In this document: positions 63,001-64,000 of the stretch, piece after piece
Position numbering within the stretch: the first letter of the stretch is position 1
How the letters are laid out: the number at the start of each line of letters is the position of its first letter
Assembly (NCBI GenBank): GCA_964016885.1
Contig: OZ024743.1
Location: forward strand, 132,804,001 to 132,868,000
Origin: Eledone cirrhosa
Taxonomy: Eukaryota
Direction of reading: 5' to 3'
Length of the DNA: 64,000 nt
Program-made: the position numbers and the translations under genes
The notes under the pieces: model-generated
Seen by the model: the letters and a program-made list of their open reading frames with translations, nothing else
Told to the model about the DNA's origin: nothing
The model's database searches: none

Positions 63001-64000
63001 TGCTTGGTGCTTGGTGCTTGGTGTTTGGTGGTTGGTGCTTGGTGCTTGGTGTTAGGTGTTTGGTGCTTGGTGCTTGGTGTCTGGTTTTTGGTGCTTGGTG
63101 CTTGGTGTTTGGTGCTTGTTGCTGGCTGCTTGGTGTTTGGTGCTTGGTGATTGGTGCTTGGTGTTTGGTGCTTGGTGTTTGGTATTTGGTGCTTGGTGTT
63201 TGTACTTGGTGTTTGGTGCTTGGTGTTTGGTGCTAGGTGCTTGGTGTTTGGTGCTTGGTGCTTGGTGTTTGGTGCCTGGTGCTTGGTGTTTGGTGTTTGG
63301 TGTTTGGTGCTTGGTGCTTGGTGTTTGGTGTTTGCTGTTTGCTGTTTGGTGTTTGTTGTTTGGTGTTTGTTGTTTGGTGTTTGCTGTTTGGTGTTTGGTG
63401 TTTGCTTTTTGGTGTTTGGTGTTTGATGTATGTTGTTTGCTGTTTGGTGTTTGGTGTTTGGTGTTTGGTGCTTGGTGCTTGGTGTTTGGTGCTTGGTGCT
63501 TGGTGTTTGGTGCCTGGTGCTTGGTGTTTGGTGTTTGGTGCTTGGTGCTTGGAGTTTGGTGTTTGGTGCTTGGTGCTTGGTGTTTCGTGTTTCGTGTTTG
63601 GTGCTTGGTGCTTGGTGCTTGGTCCTTGGTGTTTGGTGCTGGGTGCATTGTGTTTGGTGCTTGGTGCTTGGTGCTTGGTGCTTGGTGTTTGGTGTTTGCT
63701 GCTTGGTGTTTGATGCTTGGTGCTTGGTGCTTGGTGTTTTGTGTTTGGTGCTTGGTGGTTGGTGCTTGGTGTTTGGTGCTTGGTGCTTGGTGCTTGGTGT
63801 TTTGTGTTTGGTGCTTGGTGCTTGGTGTTTGGTGCTTGGTGCTGGGTGGTTGGTGTTTGGTGCTTGGTGTTTGGTGCTGGGTGCTTGGTGTTTGGTGCTT
63901 GGTGCTTGGTGTTTGGTGCTTGGTGCTGGGTGGTTGGTGTTTGGTGCTTGGTGTTTGGTGCTGGGTGCTTGGTGTTTGGTGCTGGGTGCTTGGTGTTTGG
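60013..64000 (+). repeat. Dispersed direct copy of ~12204-16205 (= ~32315-36316), truncated by the window end
   Basis: ORF offsets are 12372->60181 (47809), then 13986->61802 and 15421->63237 (both 47816). The differences seen are a few substitutions, +7 bp near 61500 and -21 bp near 63890. Confidence 0.9.

Larger units (their letters stand above)
1..64000 (+). repeat. Heptamer tandem satellite (TTGGTGY)n, G/T-rich on + strand, running off both window ends
   Basis: Every line consists of TTGGTGT/TTGGTGC or 1-3 nt variants (TAGGTGT, TTGATGC, TTGCTGT, TGGGTGC, TATATGC, TTGTAC etc.). No inversion or foreign insert was seen. Confidence 0.99.

Noticed and set aside
90-63060. Scattered TTAGG (arthropod telomere pentamer)
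   Set aside because: It arises from a single T->A change (TTGGTGT-TAGGTGT) and is never tandem.
3-63713. Hydrophobic plus-strand WCLVLGA ORFs resembling membrane proteins
   Set aside because: They overlap in all three frames, are bounded only by sporadic TAG/TGA variant monomers, and show no codon-position constraint.
775-63940. GCTGGGTGG resembling the E. coli Chi site GCTGGTGG
   Set aside because: It is not an exact match, it is explained by monomer variants, and there is no evidence of a bacterial context.
1-64000. CRISPR-like array of repeats with variable parts
   Set aside because: There are no unique spacers, leader or cas genes. Variation is single-base within a continuous 7-mer.
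1-64000. Strong G-quadruplex array
   Set aside because: The consensus has only GG runs with 5-nt loops, and GGG runs are sparse (21 bp or more apart). At most weak two-tetrad structures are possible, which cannot be supported from sequence alone.
1-64000. Whole window as sequencing noise or a low-complexity basecalling artefact
   Set aside because: Rare variants recur at exact multi-kb offsets with a consistent nested history, which random error would not produce. Copy numbers could still be mis-assembled.

Overview
The whole 64-kb window is one uninterrupted, single-orientation heptamer satellite, consensus (TTGGTGY)n, reverse complement (RCACCAA)n, about 9,150 monomers by length/7. It has no unique sequence, credible gene, RNA gene, transposon or CRISPR array. 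The ORF track is a by-product of a stop-free 7-mer. The information lies in the order of C- versus T-ending monomers and in rare variant monomers, which act as a barcode and reveal nested higher-order repeats (HORs). (i) Three ~4-kb copies lie at 351-12366, and the middle one is a chimera of the outer two. (ii) A near-perfect 20,111-bp tandem duplication (2632-22742 / 22743-42853) shows only one substitution I could find. (iii) There are 2.5-, 1.8- and 2.7-kb units and 105-, 182-, 203- and 307-bp local duplications. (iv) A more diverged ~3.2-kb subfamily lies at ~49.7-60 kb. (v) A dispersed copy of 12204-16205 lies at 60013-64000. This looks like eukaryotic satellite DNA (centromeric, heterochromatic or telomere-like), but the organism and function cannot be determined from this window. 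All comparisons were made by eye and from ORF-track offsets, not by alignment software.
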